Shown: piece by piece, positions 39,154 through 49,480 of the stretch
How positions within the stretch are numbered: the stretch's first letter is position 1
Layout of the letters: every line of letters starts with the position of its first letter
NCBI GenBank assembly: GCA_040386535.1
Contig: JAZKFH010000017.1
Span: 137,213 to 201,212, forward strand
Direction: 5' to 3'
Length of the DNA stretch: 64,000 bases
Source of the DNA: Myxococcota bacterium
Lineage (GTDB): Bacteria > Myxococcota_A > UBA796 > SXON01
Notes under the pieces: model-generated
What the model was told of the DNA's origin: nothing
What the model saw: the letters and a program-made list of their open reading frames with translations, nothing else
Database searches by the model: none
Made by a program: the position numbers and the translations under genes

Positions 39154-41651
39154 CCCCAGCCCTTCACGCCCAGGCCACCCCCGATTCCCGCGGCCTCGGC
39201 GGCCTCGTCGCCCTGGTCGAGGGGGTGGAGCGCCCGCTCCCGCTACGCGACGTGCGGGTCCGCGCCCGAGTCGCCGGAGACTGCGCCCGCATCGAGGTCG
39301 AGCAGCGGTATGCCAACCCCTACGACGTGGCGCTCGAGGCCGTGCACCTGTTCCCGCTGCCCGAGACCGGCGCGGTGATCGAGATGGAGCTGCGCGCCGG
39401 GGATGTGGTGGTGCGCGCCGACTGCCGCGAGCGCAAGGAGGCCGAGGCCACCTTCGCGGCCGCGCGGGAGGCCGGCCACCGCGCCGCGCTCCTCACCGCC
39501 GAGCGCGCCGACATCCACACGCTGCGGGTGACCAACCTGCCGCCGAAGACCGAGGTGGTCGTGCGCCTCGTGGTCATCGAGCGCCTCGAGACGGTGGACG
39601 GGCGCACCCAGCTCCGCTTCCCCACGACGATCGCGCCGCGGTACCTGCCCGGCACGCCGATCGGGCAGTCCGGCCCCGGCATCCTCCCCGACACCGACCA
39701 CGTGCCGGACGCCTCGCGCCTGCAGCCGCCGGTGCTCGTGGGCCAGGGCGCGAAGCTCGACCTCGAGGTGCACGTGCTCGGCGCGGTGCGCACCATCGAG
39801 TCCTCCTTGCACGTGGCCCAGGTGACGCTCGACGATCACAGCGTGCGTGTGGCCCCGAAGGGCGGCGCCACGGTCGACCGTGACTTCATCCTCACGTGGA
39901 CCACCGCCGTGGCCGACCGCACCGACGCGCGCGCCTTCACCGACGGCGCCTACACCCTGGTGGTCGTCAACCCGCCCGGGAGCGTGCTGCCCGCGCCGAT
40001 CCCGCGCGACGCCGTGTTCGTGGTCGACATCTCGGGCTCGATGGACGGCGGCAAGATGGAGGCCGCCAAGCGCGCCCTCGTCAGCGCGCTGCATGGCCTG
40101 CTCCCCGGTGACCGCTTCCGCATCGTGGCGTTCGACGACAAGGTCGAGCACTTCCGCAAGACGTTCGCGACGTACGACGACGCGTCGCTCGCCGCGGCCG
40201 ACGCGTGGGTGGCCCGGCTCGCCCCGCGCGGCGGCACGGAGATGTTGCCCGCGATCCAGAGCGCGCTGGAAGGCGAGACCCCCGCGGGCCGGCTCCGCAC
40301 CGTGCTGTTCATCACCGACGGGCAGGCGCACAACGAGGTGGAGCTGGTGGCCGCGGTCGCCAACCGCCGTGGCACCGCGCGCTTCTTCAGCCTCGGCATC
40401 GACACCGCGGTGAACGGCGCGCTGCTCGGGCGGCTCGCGCGGGTCGGCGGCGGCACCTGCGAGCTCTGCGCGCCCACGGACGACATCGAGGCGGTCATCG
40501 CCCGCATCGAGGCGCGCTTCGGCATGCCGTTGGCCGAGGCGGTGACGGTCGAGGGGGGAGAGGTCGCCGGCGCCACGGAGAACGTACTGTTCGCGGGCCG
40601 CCCGCTGACCGTGCTGCTGCGCGGCGCCCCTGCCAGCGTGCGCGTCGCGGGCCGCACCGCCGGGGCCCCGCTGGCCGCCACGGTCACGCCCACGCCGATC
40701 GACTTCCCCCTCGGCCCGCTCTGGGCGCGCGTGCGGGTGGCCGACCTGGAGGATCGCCTCGCGTTGCGCCCCTTCGAGGAGGAGGCCCTGCGCGGCGAGA
40801 TCCTGCGCGTGGCGCTCGAGCACCACATCGCGTCGCGGTTCACCGCGTTCGTGGCGGTGGAGACGTCGAGCCGTACCACCGGCGAGCGGGTCGAGGTGGT
40901 GCAGCCGGCGATGGTGCCGGAGGGGTGGGCGCCCGGATTCTCCGGCGTCCCGAGCGGCGGCGGCGGGATGCCGATGACGTTCCGGGGGGCGCCGATGGCG
41001 TCGATGCCCTCGGCCGCGCCGAGCGCCACGATGGACTTCATGGAGAGCGACGACGGGGCCTACGCGTCGGCCGCGCCCGCGCCCGCGCGCGCGTCCCGGC
41101 CCCCTTCGCCGCCCTCGTCCCCGTCCCCGTCTCCCAAGGCGTCCCCGGGGCCCCTGAAGCGCGCGCTGAGCAAGATGATCGACAGCGTGCGGGGCGGCTC
41201 CGCCCCGTCGGGTCATCCCGCGCCGCCGCCCCCCCCCGCGATGAGCGCGCCGGAGAGCGAGGAGGCCGCCGCCCCGGCGCCCGCCCGCGAGATGGCGCGC
41301 AAGGAGTCGGCCCCGTCCGCCGCCGCCGGCGTGGATCCTGGCGCGGAGCTCGCCCGCACCCAGTCCGCGGACGGCAGCTACGGCGGGGACGTGCACCGCA
41401 CCGCCGCGGCGCTCCTGGCCCTGGTGTTGCTCGGCAACACGCGCATCGTGGGCCTGCGCAAGCGCGCCGTGCTCAAGGCGGCCGCGTGGCTCCAGGCCCG
41501 GGCGGCCGATCCGCACGCGTCCGTGGCGCTCGCCGCGCTCACCCGCGTGGAGCGCGGAGACGACGCCGGCCGCAAGGTCGAGCTGCGCATGCTCGTGGAG
41601 GACACGCCGGAGGGGCGCATCCTCGGGGCGGTCCTCGGCGGGGCCGCGTGA
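39150..41651 (+). CDS. VIT + vWA domain protein (inter-alpha-trypsin inhibitor/vault-like)
   Basis: VIT (EQRYANP...EAVHLFPLP), MIDAS DISGSM, GGTEM, LFITDG; Pro/Ala-rich linker; small C-terminal helical domain; ATGA overlap with the MerR gene. Confidence 0.92.
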   Translation: MTPALHAQATPDSRGLGGLVALVEGVERPLPLRDVRVRARVAGDCARIEVEQRYANPYDVALEAVHLFPLPETGAVIEMELRAGDVVVRADCRERKEAEATFAAAREAGHRAALLTAERADIHTLRVTNLPPKTEVVVRLVVIERLETVDGRTQLRFPTTIAPRYLPGTPIGQSGPGILPDTDHVPDASRLQPPVLVGQGAKLDLEVHVLGAVRTIESSLHVAQVTLDDHSVRVAPKGGATVDRDFILTWTTAVADRTDARAFTDGAYTLVVVNPPGSVLPAPIPRDAVFVVDISGSMDGGKMEAAKRALVSALHGLLPGDRFRIVAFDDKVEHFRKTFATYDDASLAAADAWVARLAPRGGTEMLPAIQSALEGETPAGRLRTVLFITDGQAHNEVELVAAVANRRGTARFFSLGIDTAVNGALLGRLARVGGGTCELCAPTDDIEAVIARIEARFGMPLAEAVTVEGGEVAGATENVLFAGRPLTVLLRGAPASVRVAGRTAGAPLAATVTPTPIDFPLGPLWARVRVADLEDRLALRPFEEEALRGEILRVALEHHIASRFTAFVAVETSSRTTGERVEVVQPAMVPEGWAPGFSGVPSGGGGMPMTFRGAPMASMPSAAPSATMDFMESDDGAYASAAPAPARASRPPSPPSSPSPSPKASPGPLKRALSKMIDSVRGGSAPSGHPAPPPPPAMSAPESEEAAAPAPAREMARKESAPSAAAGVDPGAELARTQSADGSYGGDVHRTAAALLALVLLGNTRIVGLRKRAVLKAAAWLQARAADPHASVALAALTRVERGDDAGRKVELRMLVEDTPEGRILGAVLGGAA

Positions 41652-41756
41652 CCGCAGGCTGACAACGAAGCGGAGCCCCGCGTCCGGATGGACACGGGGC
41701 TCGCACATCTCACACAACCACTGGGGCCGCGAGGGCCCCTGTGTCAGTCCCCTGTG

Positions 41757-42836
41757 TCAGTGCTCCTTGGTCGGCGCCGGGTTCGCGCCCGCGAACGCCA
41801 TGGGCACGTCCTTCGGTGCGCCCGCCGAGCCGCCGAGCGCGGCCGAGACGAGGCCGACGACCATCGCCAGGAAGGTCCAGAACATGACGCTGCCGAGCGC
41901 GCCCGACACATCCTCGGTCACCTGCGCCGCGGTCTCCTGCACCTGCGCGGTCGTGGTCCCCACCGTCGCCCGGACCTGGTTCCAATTCTGGATCCAGTTG
42001 TCGACGATGCGCCCCGCCTCGGCCTGGTTCAGGTCCGTCCGTGCCACGAGCACGTTGATGGCATCCTGCCGGTCGACCTCGTTGACCACGTTCTCGCCGG
42101 TGACGGCGAGCCGCGCGAACGCCGCCTGGATCGCGTCGAACGCATTGGCGCCCGGCTGCTGCGCGGCCTCCCCCGCGGCCTCACCGGCGCCTTGTTGCGC
42201 CGCCTCCGCGCGCTGCCGCAACGCGTCCGGCTGGAGCTGGGGATCGCCGGTCTGCTGCAGGAACCGGCCGATCTCCGCGCCCACCGCGTCCCCGCCGCCC
42301 GCCTGGCGGATCTGCTCGCCCACCGCGGGTGCCATCGCCCCCACGCCCTCGCCCACGATCCCCAACGTGGAGCCGACGACGTTGAACGCGCCGGAGACCA
42401 CACCCCCGAGCAGGTTGGTCAACATCCAGGTGGAGAACAACGTGACGAGGCCCCAGGTCACGATGCCGTGCAGCAGAGCGTCGCCCCGCTTGGGAATGCC
42501 CGCCAGCCTTCCCGCGGTGTACCCGCCCGCGAACAGCGCGAGCACCGTCGTGAAGAGGAGCCAGATGCCGGTGCCGACCCCGAGCCCCTCGAAGGTCCGT
42601 GCCTCGGTCGCCGGGTTGATCGTCCCGAGGGCGACCGCGAGCCCCAGGGTGCCGAGGAGGAGCTCGACCACGAGCGCCACGACCACGCCCGCGAAGATCG
42701 CGCCCCACGACACCCGCCGCGCCGCCGCCGGCGCCACCGGCGCATACGGATATGGACGCGCCCATGCCGCGTCGTAGGAATCCGGTCGGGGAGGCGCCCT
42801 GCCCCCCGGACCGGTGACCGGGATATCGTCTGCCAT
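41757..42836 (-). CDS. Multi-pass membrane protein (RVSWGAIFAG family, stress-associated hypothetical)
   Basis: RRVSWGAIFAG, GGYTAGRLAG, LHGIVTWG, central helical domain, C-terminal TM; GGAGG RBS. Confidence 0.82.
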   Translation of the reverse strand: MADDIPVTGPGGRAPPRPDSYDAAWARPYPYAPVAPAAARRVSWGAIFAGVVVALVVELLLGTLGLAVALGTINPATEARTFEGLGVGTGIWLLFTTVLALFAGGYTAGRLAGIPKRGDALLHGIVTWGLVTLFSTWMLTNLLGGVVSGAFNVVGSTLGIVGEGVGAMAPAVGEQIRQAGGGDAVGAEIGRFLQQTGDPQLQPDALRQRAEAAQQGAGEAAGEAAQQPGANAFDAIQAAFARLAVTGENVVNEVDRQDAINVLVARTDLNQAEAGRIVDNWIQNWNQVRATVGTTTAQVQETAAQVTEDVSGALGSVMFWTFLAMVVGLVSAALGGSAGAPKDVPMAFAGANPAPTKEH

Positions 42837-43149
42837 GCTGCACCTCCGCGTTGCTGTCAGGAACCAAACGACTCTTGGAAAGGACTCGGATGGATTGGCA
42901 CTCACAACATAGGACGAGCGCGGCAACCGGCGACGGGCAAGGCGGACTCGGACCAAAAAAACACGGATTACAGGCGGTTGTGGGGCACCCAGGCGGGCAG
43001 GCGTCGGGGCGATCGAGAGACGCCCTCCCTGTGTCGAAGCTGAACCCGCCCGCGTCACCGGCGCTCGGAGCCCGGCGCTCGGGCCAGCGGAACGGCGGCG
43101 GGTGCGTATACTCGCCGTGCCCGGCAGCCCAGCACGTCAGGAAACCTTC

Positions 43150-44139
43150 GTGATTCCCCTCCTCCACCGCCGCCAGTTCATCGCCACCGCGGGCTGCTCG
43201 CTCGCCGCGGCCCTGCTGGGCGGGTGTCGACGGGTTGCCGAGCCGCTCCGCGTCGGCCTCCCGCCCTGGCCGCCGAACGACCTGTACGTCCTCGCGGAGC
43301 AGCTCGGGTACTACCGCGACGCGCCGCTGCGGATGGTGGACTACGCCTCGGCCTCCCAGCAGCTCCGCGCCTTCCGCAACGCGGTCCTCGACGTGTCGCC
43401 CTGCACGCTCGACGAGGCGCTGATCCTCGCGATGGATCTGCCGGACGTGCGCGTGATCCAGGTGCTCGACTTCTCCGACGGGGCCGACGTGATCCTGGCG
43501 CAGGCAGAGTTCGCCTCGCTCGACGCGCTCCGGGGGCGGCGGATCGGCTACGAGGCCACGACGCTGGGGGCCTACGTGTTGGGACGCGGGCTGGAATTGG
43601 CGGGGTTGACCCTCGCGGACGTGACACCGGTCTACGTACAGGTGGACGAGCACGAGCGCGCCTTCCTGGAGCGGCGCGTGGACGCGATCGTGACCTACGA
43701 GCCCACCCGCAGCCGCCTCCTCGCCGCGGGCGCGCGGGTGGTGTTCGACAGCACGCGGATCCCCGGGGAGATCGTAGATGTGCTCGTGGTGCGCGCGGAC
43801 ACCGTCGACCGCCACGCCGACGTTCTCGAGGTGCTGGTCCGCGGCTGGCTGCTCGCCGCGGAGGCGCTGCGCACGCGCCCGCTCGAGGCGGCCGAGGCGC
43901 TCGCGCCACGCATGAACCTCGCCCCGTCGATGGTACCGGCGGCGTTTGCCGGCATCCACCTCACCGACCTCGGAGAGAACCGGCGGCTGCTCGGCGGGGT
44001 GCCGCCGCCGCTCGCCAAGGTGGCCCAGCGGCTCGTCGACTCGATGCGCGCCAACAGGTTCCTCGATCGCGCCCCCGATCTCACCCGCCTGTTCGATGCC
44101 CGCATCGTCGCGCGGGTCACGCTCCCCGACGGTGGCTGA
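43150..44139 (+). CDS. NitT/TauT (NMT1/SsuA-like) substrate-binding protein, Tat lipoprotein
   Basis: HRRQFI twin-arginine, LLGGC lipobox, LDFSDGAD, DAIVTYEP, FDSTRIPGEIVDVLV. Confidence 0.88.
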   Translation: MIPLLHRRQFIATAGCSLAAALLGGCRRVAEPLRVGLPPWPPNDLYVLAEQLGYYRDAPLRMVDYASASQQLRAFRNAVLDVSPCTLDEALILAMDLPDVRVIQVLDFSDGADVILAQAEFASLDALRGRRIGYEATTLGAYVLGRGLELAGLTLADVTPVYVQVDEHERAFLERRVDAIVTYEPTRSRLLAAGARVVFDSTRIPGEIVDVLVVRADTVDRHADVLEVLVRGWLLAAEALRTRPLEAAEALAPRMNLAPSMVPAAFAGIHLTDLGENRRLLGGVPPPLAKVAQRLVDSMRANRFLDRAPDLTRLFDARIVARVTLPDGG

Positions 44140-46474
44140 GGGCCCGGTGGCTTCCCGCCGGCACTATCGGCCCATGTTCGCGCGGGTGGCGGCGTGGATC
44201 CTGTGTGTCGTCGCGCTGCTCGTGGGGTGGCAGATCGCGTGGGTGCAGCGTCGCGAGCTCGCGGACGTGGAGCGGTCCAGCCTGGAGCGGGTCACGAACG
44301 ACATGAGCCTGCTGCAGACGACCCTCGACTTCGCGCTCGCCTCGGGCGCGCGCGAGCAGGTCGATCGGGAGCTGACCGCGCGCGGCGCCGATCCGGGCCT
44401 GACCGCCCTCGTCCTCCTGGACGAGACCGGCACCGTCGTCGCCTCGCGCCTGCGCCACGAGGTCGGCCTGTCCGAGGCGGAAGCCCTCGCCGACCCGCTC
44501 CCCGCCGACATGATGGAGGCCGCACGCACGCGGCAGATCGGGCAGGCCCGCCTGTCCGAGGACGGGCACCGGGTCCACGCGATCTACCCGGTGGTGCTGG
44601 GCGCGCGGGAAGGCCACCTCCGCGCGGACCGCATCGGGGTGGTCGTGGCGGTCTACAGCCTCGACGGCGCGCGCGCCGAGGTCCGCGAGCGGCTGTGGCG
44701 GCGCGCCTCGGAGCTCATCGTGGGCGCCGCGGTAGGCGCCGCCTTCCTCCTCCTGTCCGGCCAGGTGTACATCGGGCGGCGCGTCCGCCGGCTGGTCGCG
44801 GCGACCGAGCGGTTCGCCGCCGGCGATCTCCACACGCGCGCGGCCGTCGGGGGCACCGACGAGCTCGCCGCGATCGGCGCCGCGTTCGACGCGATGGCCG
44901 AGCGGGTCGGCGAGACCCAGCGCCGCGTGGCCGACAGCGAGGCCCGCTTCCGCACGCTCGTCGAGGCGGCGCCCGTCGGGATCCTGCGGACCGATCTGAA
45001 GGGGCGGCTCCTCCAGTCCAACCCCGCGTGGCGGGACATCGCCGGCGGGGACGATCGGGGGTGGCCGGACGCGGTCCACCCGGACGACCGGGAGGCCGTC
45101 GAGCGCGAGTGGATCGAGGCGCGCGCGGCCGGGCGCACGGCGCGGGCGGCGTGCCGGGTCGTCCGCCCCGATGGCGGCGTGGTGTGGATCCAGGCCCAGG
45201 GCGTGGTGGAGAGCGGGCCGACCGGCGCCCCCGCCGGGCTCATCAACACCGCGGTCGATCTGACCGAGCGCCGCGCCGCGGAGGAGACCCGCCTGGGCCT
45301 GGAGGCGCGCCTTCAACAGGCGCAGAAGTTGGAGGCGCTCGGCACCTTCGCGGGTGGGGTCGCGCACGACTTCAACAACGTCCTCGCCGTCATCCTCGGG
45401 TACGCGGAGCTGCTCGCGCGGGCCGTCGCGGGGCAGCCCGCCGCGGAGCGCCACGTCAAGCACCTGCTCCGCGCCGCGGAGCGCGGGCGCGCGCTCTCCC
45501 ACCAGATCCTGGTGTTCGGGCGGCCGGGTACGCGGCGGGTGCGCACGCTCGAGATCGCGCCCTTCCTGCACGAGGTCGCCCGCGATCTGCGGCCGTCGCT
45601 CCCCACGGACATCCACCTGCGGGTGAACGCGGAGGCCGAGCTGCCGGCGCTGCTCGCCGATCCGGACCAGCTCCACCGGGTGGTGGTGAACCTCGCGACA
45701 AACGCGCGGCACGCGATGCTCCCAGGTGCCGGGGGCGCCCCCGGCGAAGGGGGTGGCGTGCTCGAATTGGGCGCGCGCCGGGTCGACGTGGACGAGGAGC
45801 TCGCGCGGCAGCTCCCCGGCCTCTCGCCCGGCCCCGCGGTGCTCCTGTGGGTGCGGGACGAGGGCGCCGGCATGGACGCCGCGACCCGGGCCCACATCTT
45901 CGAGCCCTTCTTCACCACCAAGCCGCACGGGCAGGGCACCGGCCTCGGGCTCGCGGTGGTCCACGGGATCGTGCGCGCCCACGGCGGCGCGATCGGCGTG
46001 GAGAGCGCGCCCGGCCGCGGCACCACCGTGTCGGTGTACCTCCCCACCACCACCCCCGCACCGGCGCCGGACGACGCGCCGCCCCGGCCCCTCTCCCACC
46101 CACCGCGCATCCTGTACGTCGACGACGACGAGGCCCTGCTCGAGCTGGCCGTGCACGCCTTCCAGCGCCGCGACTGCCACGTGACCCCGAGTTCGCGGCC
46201 GCGCGAGGCCCTCGCCCGGTTCCAGGCCGATCCGGACGCGTTCGATCTGGTCGTGACGGACCAGCGCATGCCCGGGATGTTGGGAGAGGAGCTGGTCGTC
46301 GCGCTCCGGCAGATCCGGCCCGACGTGCCCATCGTCCTGATGTCGGGCCACGTCACGCCCGCCGACGTGGAGCGGATCCTCGCGCTGGGCGCTTCTTCCG
46401 TGGTCGAGAAGCCGATGTCCATCGACGCGCTCATCGAGCTGTGTCATGGGGTGCTGGCACGTTCCGGGCGATGA
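44132..46474 (+). CDS. Membrane hybrid sensor kinase (TM-HAMP-PAS-HisKA-HATPase-REC)
   Basis: HAMP (DELAAIGAAFDAM), PAS (VHPDDR), AHDFNN, FEPFFTTK, GTGLGL, TDQRMP; start may be 44174. Confidence 0.93.
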   Translation: MAEGPVASRRHYRPMFARVAAWILCVVALLVGWQIAWVQRRELADVERSSLERVTNDMSLLQTTLDFALASGAREQVDRELTARGADPGLTALVLLDETGTVVASRLRHEVGLSEAEALADPLPADMMEAARTRQIGQARLSEDGHRVHAIYPVVLGAREGHLRADRIGVVVAVYSLDGARAEVRERLWRRASELIVGAAVGAAFLLLSGQVYIGRRVRRLVAATERFAAGDLHTRAAVGGTDELAAIGAAFDAMAERVGETQRRVADSEARFRTLVEAAPVGILRTDLKGRLLQSNPAWRDIAGGDDRGWPDAVHPDDREAVEREWIEARAAGRTARAACRVVRPDGGVVWIQAQGVVESGPTGAPAGLINTAVDLTERRAAEETRLGLEARLQQAQKLEALGTFAGGVAHDFNNVLAVILGYAELLARAVAGQPAAERHVKHLLRAAERGRALSHQILVFGRPGTRRVRTLEIAPFLHEVARDLRPSLPTDIHLRVNAEAELPALLADPDQLHRVVVNLATNARHAMLPGAGGAPGEGGGVLELGARRVDVDEELARQLPGLSPGPAVLLWVRDEGAGMDAATRAHIFEPFFTTKPHGQGTGLGLAVVHGIVRAHGGAIGVESAPGRGTTVSVYLPTTTPAPAPDDAPPRPLSHPPRILYVDDDEALLELAVHAFQRRDCHVTPSSRPREALARFQADPDAFDLVVTDQRMPGMLGEELVVALRQIRPDVPIVLMSGHVTPADVERILALGASSVVEKPMSIDALIELCHGVLARSGR

Positions 46475-46481
46475 GCGGGTG

Positions 46482-47615
46482 TCAGGGCAGGTCGTCGGCC
46501 ACGTCGTCCGGCCGCTCCACGAGCGTGGCGAAGACATAGTCGGGATCACACCCGAGGGGCCGGCGCGGGTCCGCCTCACACGCCGCCGCGATCGTGGCCC
46601 ACGCGGCGCTCGCGTACCCCGCCAGGTCGGTGGCCTCCCAAGCCACGAGCACGTCCTCGATGCGCGCCTCGAGCGCCGCCTTGCACTCCCCGTGTTGGAG
46701 GCACGCGGACACCATCCTGCCCGAGACCCCGGCGTACAACGAGCCTCCGCCGCGGAACGCCGTGTCCTGGCCCCACGGGAGGAAGTACCAACGGTCGGCC
46801 ACGGTGGCGTGGTACAACAAATAGTTGTTGGTGTTGCGGCTGTAACCATCCCACATCGGCGTCACGAGGTCGACCGCCCACATCCCGAGCACGGCGTCCC
46901 GGTCGAAGCGGGTGTCGAGCACGGTCAGGATGTCGTGCCGGTCGAGCGCGTCGACCAGCTCGCGCAGATCGGCGTACGGCTCGACCGGCTCACCTTCCTT
47001 GAGCTCGAAGTGCGAAATCCCACCGCTGGTGAGGTCGGCGTACGTGTAGGTGGAGTCGTACAGGTTCCCGTCGCCATCCTGCGGAAAGCGCCGCCGCAGG
47101 AACTGCTCGTCCATGGTCTCCACGATGCCGTACAGGCCGTACGGCTCGTCGTTGATCCAGACCCGCGCGTATCCGTGGCGCGGCGCCGGCGCGCCCACCA
47201 CGTCGTACAACCGATACGCCGTGTGTTCGCGGAGCATCGTGGCATCGAACACCATGTTGTTCAGGGTGAGGCGCCGCACCCCCAACATCGCCTGGTCGGG
47301 CACCCACTCTTCGAGGTCGACCTTGATCGACGGCTTTCCGTCCATGCCCTGGTACGTGCTGCTTCCCTTGAGCTTGAACCCCACGTCCCAGGTGACCCCC
47401 TTATAGGTGAGCAGCGCGTGGACGTCGGGCTCGTCGCGGCCCAAAGCGTCCATCGCCTCCTCCGATAGGTCGAAGTAGAAGTCGTGGATCGTGCCCTCGG
47501 TGTAGAGAAACCCGCCCGGGCCGTCCGCGGGCGCCGACTCGGGCTCTTGCACGTTGTCGCCCCGGATCAATTCCCACGGCGGGTGGAGCATCAGCAGCGA
47601 GAGGGCGTGGAACAT
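46482..47615 (-). CDS. CotH kinase family protein
   Basis: KLKGS, KPSIKVD, LTLNN, YGLY..VE, WDGY, NNYLLY, FLPWGQD. Confidence 0.88.
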   Translation of the reverse strand: MFHALSLLMLHPPWELIRGDNVQEPESAPADGPGGFLYTEGTIHDFYFDLSEEAMDALGRDEPDVHALLTYKGVTWDVGFKLKGSSTYQGMDGKPSIKVDLEEWVPDQAMLGVRRLTLNNMVFDATMLREHTAYRLYDVVGAPAPRHGYARVWINDEPYGLYGIVETMDEQFLRRRFPQDGDGNLYDSTYTYADLTSGGISHFELKEGEPVEPYADLRELVDALDRHDILTVLDTRFDRDAVLGMWAVDLVTPMWDGYSRNTNNYLLYHATVADRWYFLPWGQDTAFRGGGSLYAGVSGRMVSACLQHGECKAALEARIEDVLVAWEATDLAGYASAAWATIAAACEADPRRPLGCDPDYVFATLVERPDDVADDLP

Positions 47616-47670
47616 GCGCGACAGCTCTGGCTCACCTCACGGAGCTAGGACCCGGCCGCTGGCTCGGGTG

Positions 47671-49401
47671 TCATGCCTTGTCGCCGCGCCCGCTCTCACC
47701 CCGCCCGCCCTCGCCCCGCGCCGCGCGGATCATCTCCGCCGCGGCGAGTCGCGTGGCCTCGCCCACGTGGATGCCGCCGACCATGCGGGCGATCTCGTCG
47801 TCGCGCTCGGTGGGGGACAGCAGGCGCACGGCGCTGCGGGTGCGATCCTCGAACACCTCCTTGCGCACCTGGAAGTGGGTGTCGGCGTACACCGCGATCT
47901 GCGCGAGGTGGGTGATGCAGAGCACCTGGTGGTGCTGGGACACCTCGTGCAGCTTGCGCCCGATGACCTCGGCCACGGCGCCGCCCACGCCGGTGTCGAC
48001 CTCGTCGAACACGTAGAGGCCCACGGGGCCCTGGCTCGCGAGCACCCGCTTGAGCGCCAGCAGCGCGCGCGAGAGCTCCCCGCCGCTCGCCACCTTGCGC
48101 AGCGGCCGCGGCGCCTCGCCCCGGTTGGTGGCGATGAGGAACTCCACCCGGTCGAACCCGGTCGCCCCGAGCCGCCCGCCGTCCACGAGCACCTCGCCGG
48201 GCCGCTCCTCGAGCGCCACCGCCACCTCCACGCGCGCCTCGCCCATCCCGAGCGACGAGAGCTCGTCGGTGATCGCGGACCCGAGCCGCGCGGCCTCGGC
48301 ATGCCGGCGTGCCGACATCGCCCGCGCCAGCGTGGTGACATCCGCCAGCGCGGCCTCGGCCGCCGACCGCAACGCACCGGCGCGCTCTTCCGCGCCCCCG
48401 AGCGCCGCGAGCTCGGCAGCCGCGGTGGCGCGGTACACGAGCACCTCCGCGAGCGTGCCGCCGAACTTCCGCGCGAGGCGACGGAGCTGGTGTAGCCGCT
48501 CCTCCAGCTCGGCCAGCCGCTCCGGGTCCGCGCGCAGCGTGCGCCCGTAGCGACCGAGCTCGCGCCCCACGTCCTCCACCTCGGCGCGCGCCCCGTCGAG
48601 CTGCCGGGCCAGCGGCGCCAGCGCCGGGTCCACCCGCGAGCCGCTCTCGAGATCGGCCACTACGCGGGTGAGCTGCCCGACGATGTCGGCTTCCCCGCTG
48701 TACAGCGCCTCCTCCGCGCGCGTCGTGAGCCCCGCGAGCTGGGCGCCGTGGCGGAGGCGCCCGATCTGCTCGTTGAGGCCCTCCTCCTCGCCCGCCTTGG
48801 GCGCGAGCTTGTCGATCTCGGAGAGCTGGAAGCGGAGCAGGTCCTCGCGGTCTCCCCGCGCCCGCGCGGCGGCGTCGGCCTCGTCTGCCGCGTTGCGCGC
48901 GGTCACCCACGCGCGCCAGCGCTCGGCGAGCTCCACACGCTCCTTCCCCAGGCCGGCGAAGCCGTCCAGGAAGCCCAGGTGTGTGCCCGCGTCCGCCAGC
49001 GTGTGGTGCTGGTGTTGCGACGAGATGTCCACGAGCCCCGCCGCGAGCTCGGCGAGCTGCGCCGCGGTCGCCAGCTTGCCGTTCACGTAGGCGCGCGTGC
49101 GCCCCTCCGCCTCGACCACGCGGCGCACCACCAGCTCGTCGTCCTCGATGCCCATGGCCGCGAGCCGGGCGCGCGCGGACCCGTCGTCGCGGATGTCGAA
49201 GAGCGCCTCGACCTCGGCGCGTTCGGCGCCCGTGCGCACCATCTCCGGGCGCGCCTTCGCGCCGAGCACGAGCTGGAGCGCGCTCACGAGGATGGACTTG
49301 CCCGCGCCGGTCTCCCCGGTGACGACGTTGAGGCCGGCGCCGAAGGCCACCTCGAGCTGATCGATGATGGCGAAGCGGCGGACGCGGAGGTGGGTGAGCA
49401 T
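47671..49401 (-). CDS. recN: DNA repair protein RecN
   Basis: TGETGAGKS Walker A, ASGGELSR signature, FDEVDTGVGG, CITHLAQIA. Confidence 0.97.
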   Translation of the reverse strand: MLTHLRVRRFAIIDQLEVAFGAGLNVVTGETGAGKSILVSALQLVLGAKARPEMVRTGAERAEVEALFDIRDDGSARARLAAMGIEDDELVVRRVVEAEGRTRAYVNGKLATAAQLAELAAGLVDISSQHQHHTLADAGTHLGFLDGFAGLGKERVELAERWRAWVTARNAADEADAAARARGDREDLLRFQLSEIDKLAPKAGEEEGLNEQIGRLRHGAQLAGLTTRAEEALYSGEADIVGQLTRVVADLESGSRVDPALAPLARQLDGARAEVEDVGRELGRYGRTLRADPERLAELEERLHQLRRLARKFGGTLAEVLVYRATAAAELAALGGAEERAGALRSAAEAALADVTTLARAMSARRHAEAARLGSAITDELSSLGMGEARVEVAVALEERPGEVLVDGGRLGATGFDRVEFLIATNRGEAPRPLRKVASGGELSRALLALKRVLASQGPVGLYVFDEVDTGVGGAVAEVIGRKLHEVSQHHQVLCITHLAQIAVYADTHFQVRKEVFEDRTRSAVRLLSPTERDDEIARMVGGIHVGEATRLAAAEMIRAARGEGGRGESGRGDKA

Positions 49402-49480
49402 GGTGCCCGCTCTTAGCCTGTGCGCGGCGGTGGCGACGGAGCGCGTGGGGGCCGTCTCCTCACCCTCACCCCGCCCCCGC

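Noticed and set aside
41736..41761. 13-bp direct duplication CCCCTGTGTCAGT at a gene end
   Set aside because: Could be a slippage or excision scar, but too short and isolated to support a claim.
42840..43140. Possible riboswitch or sRNA in a less GC-rich intergenic gap
   Set aside because: No recognisable riboswitch consensus by eye; adequately explained as divergent promoters.
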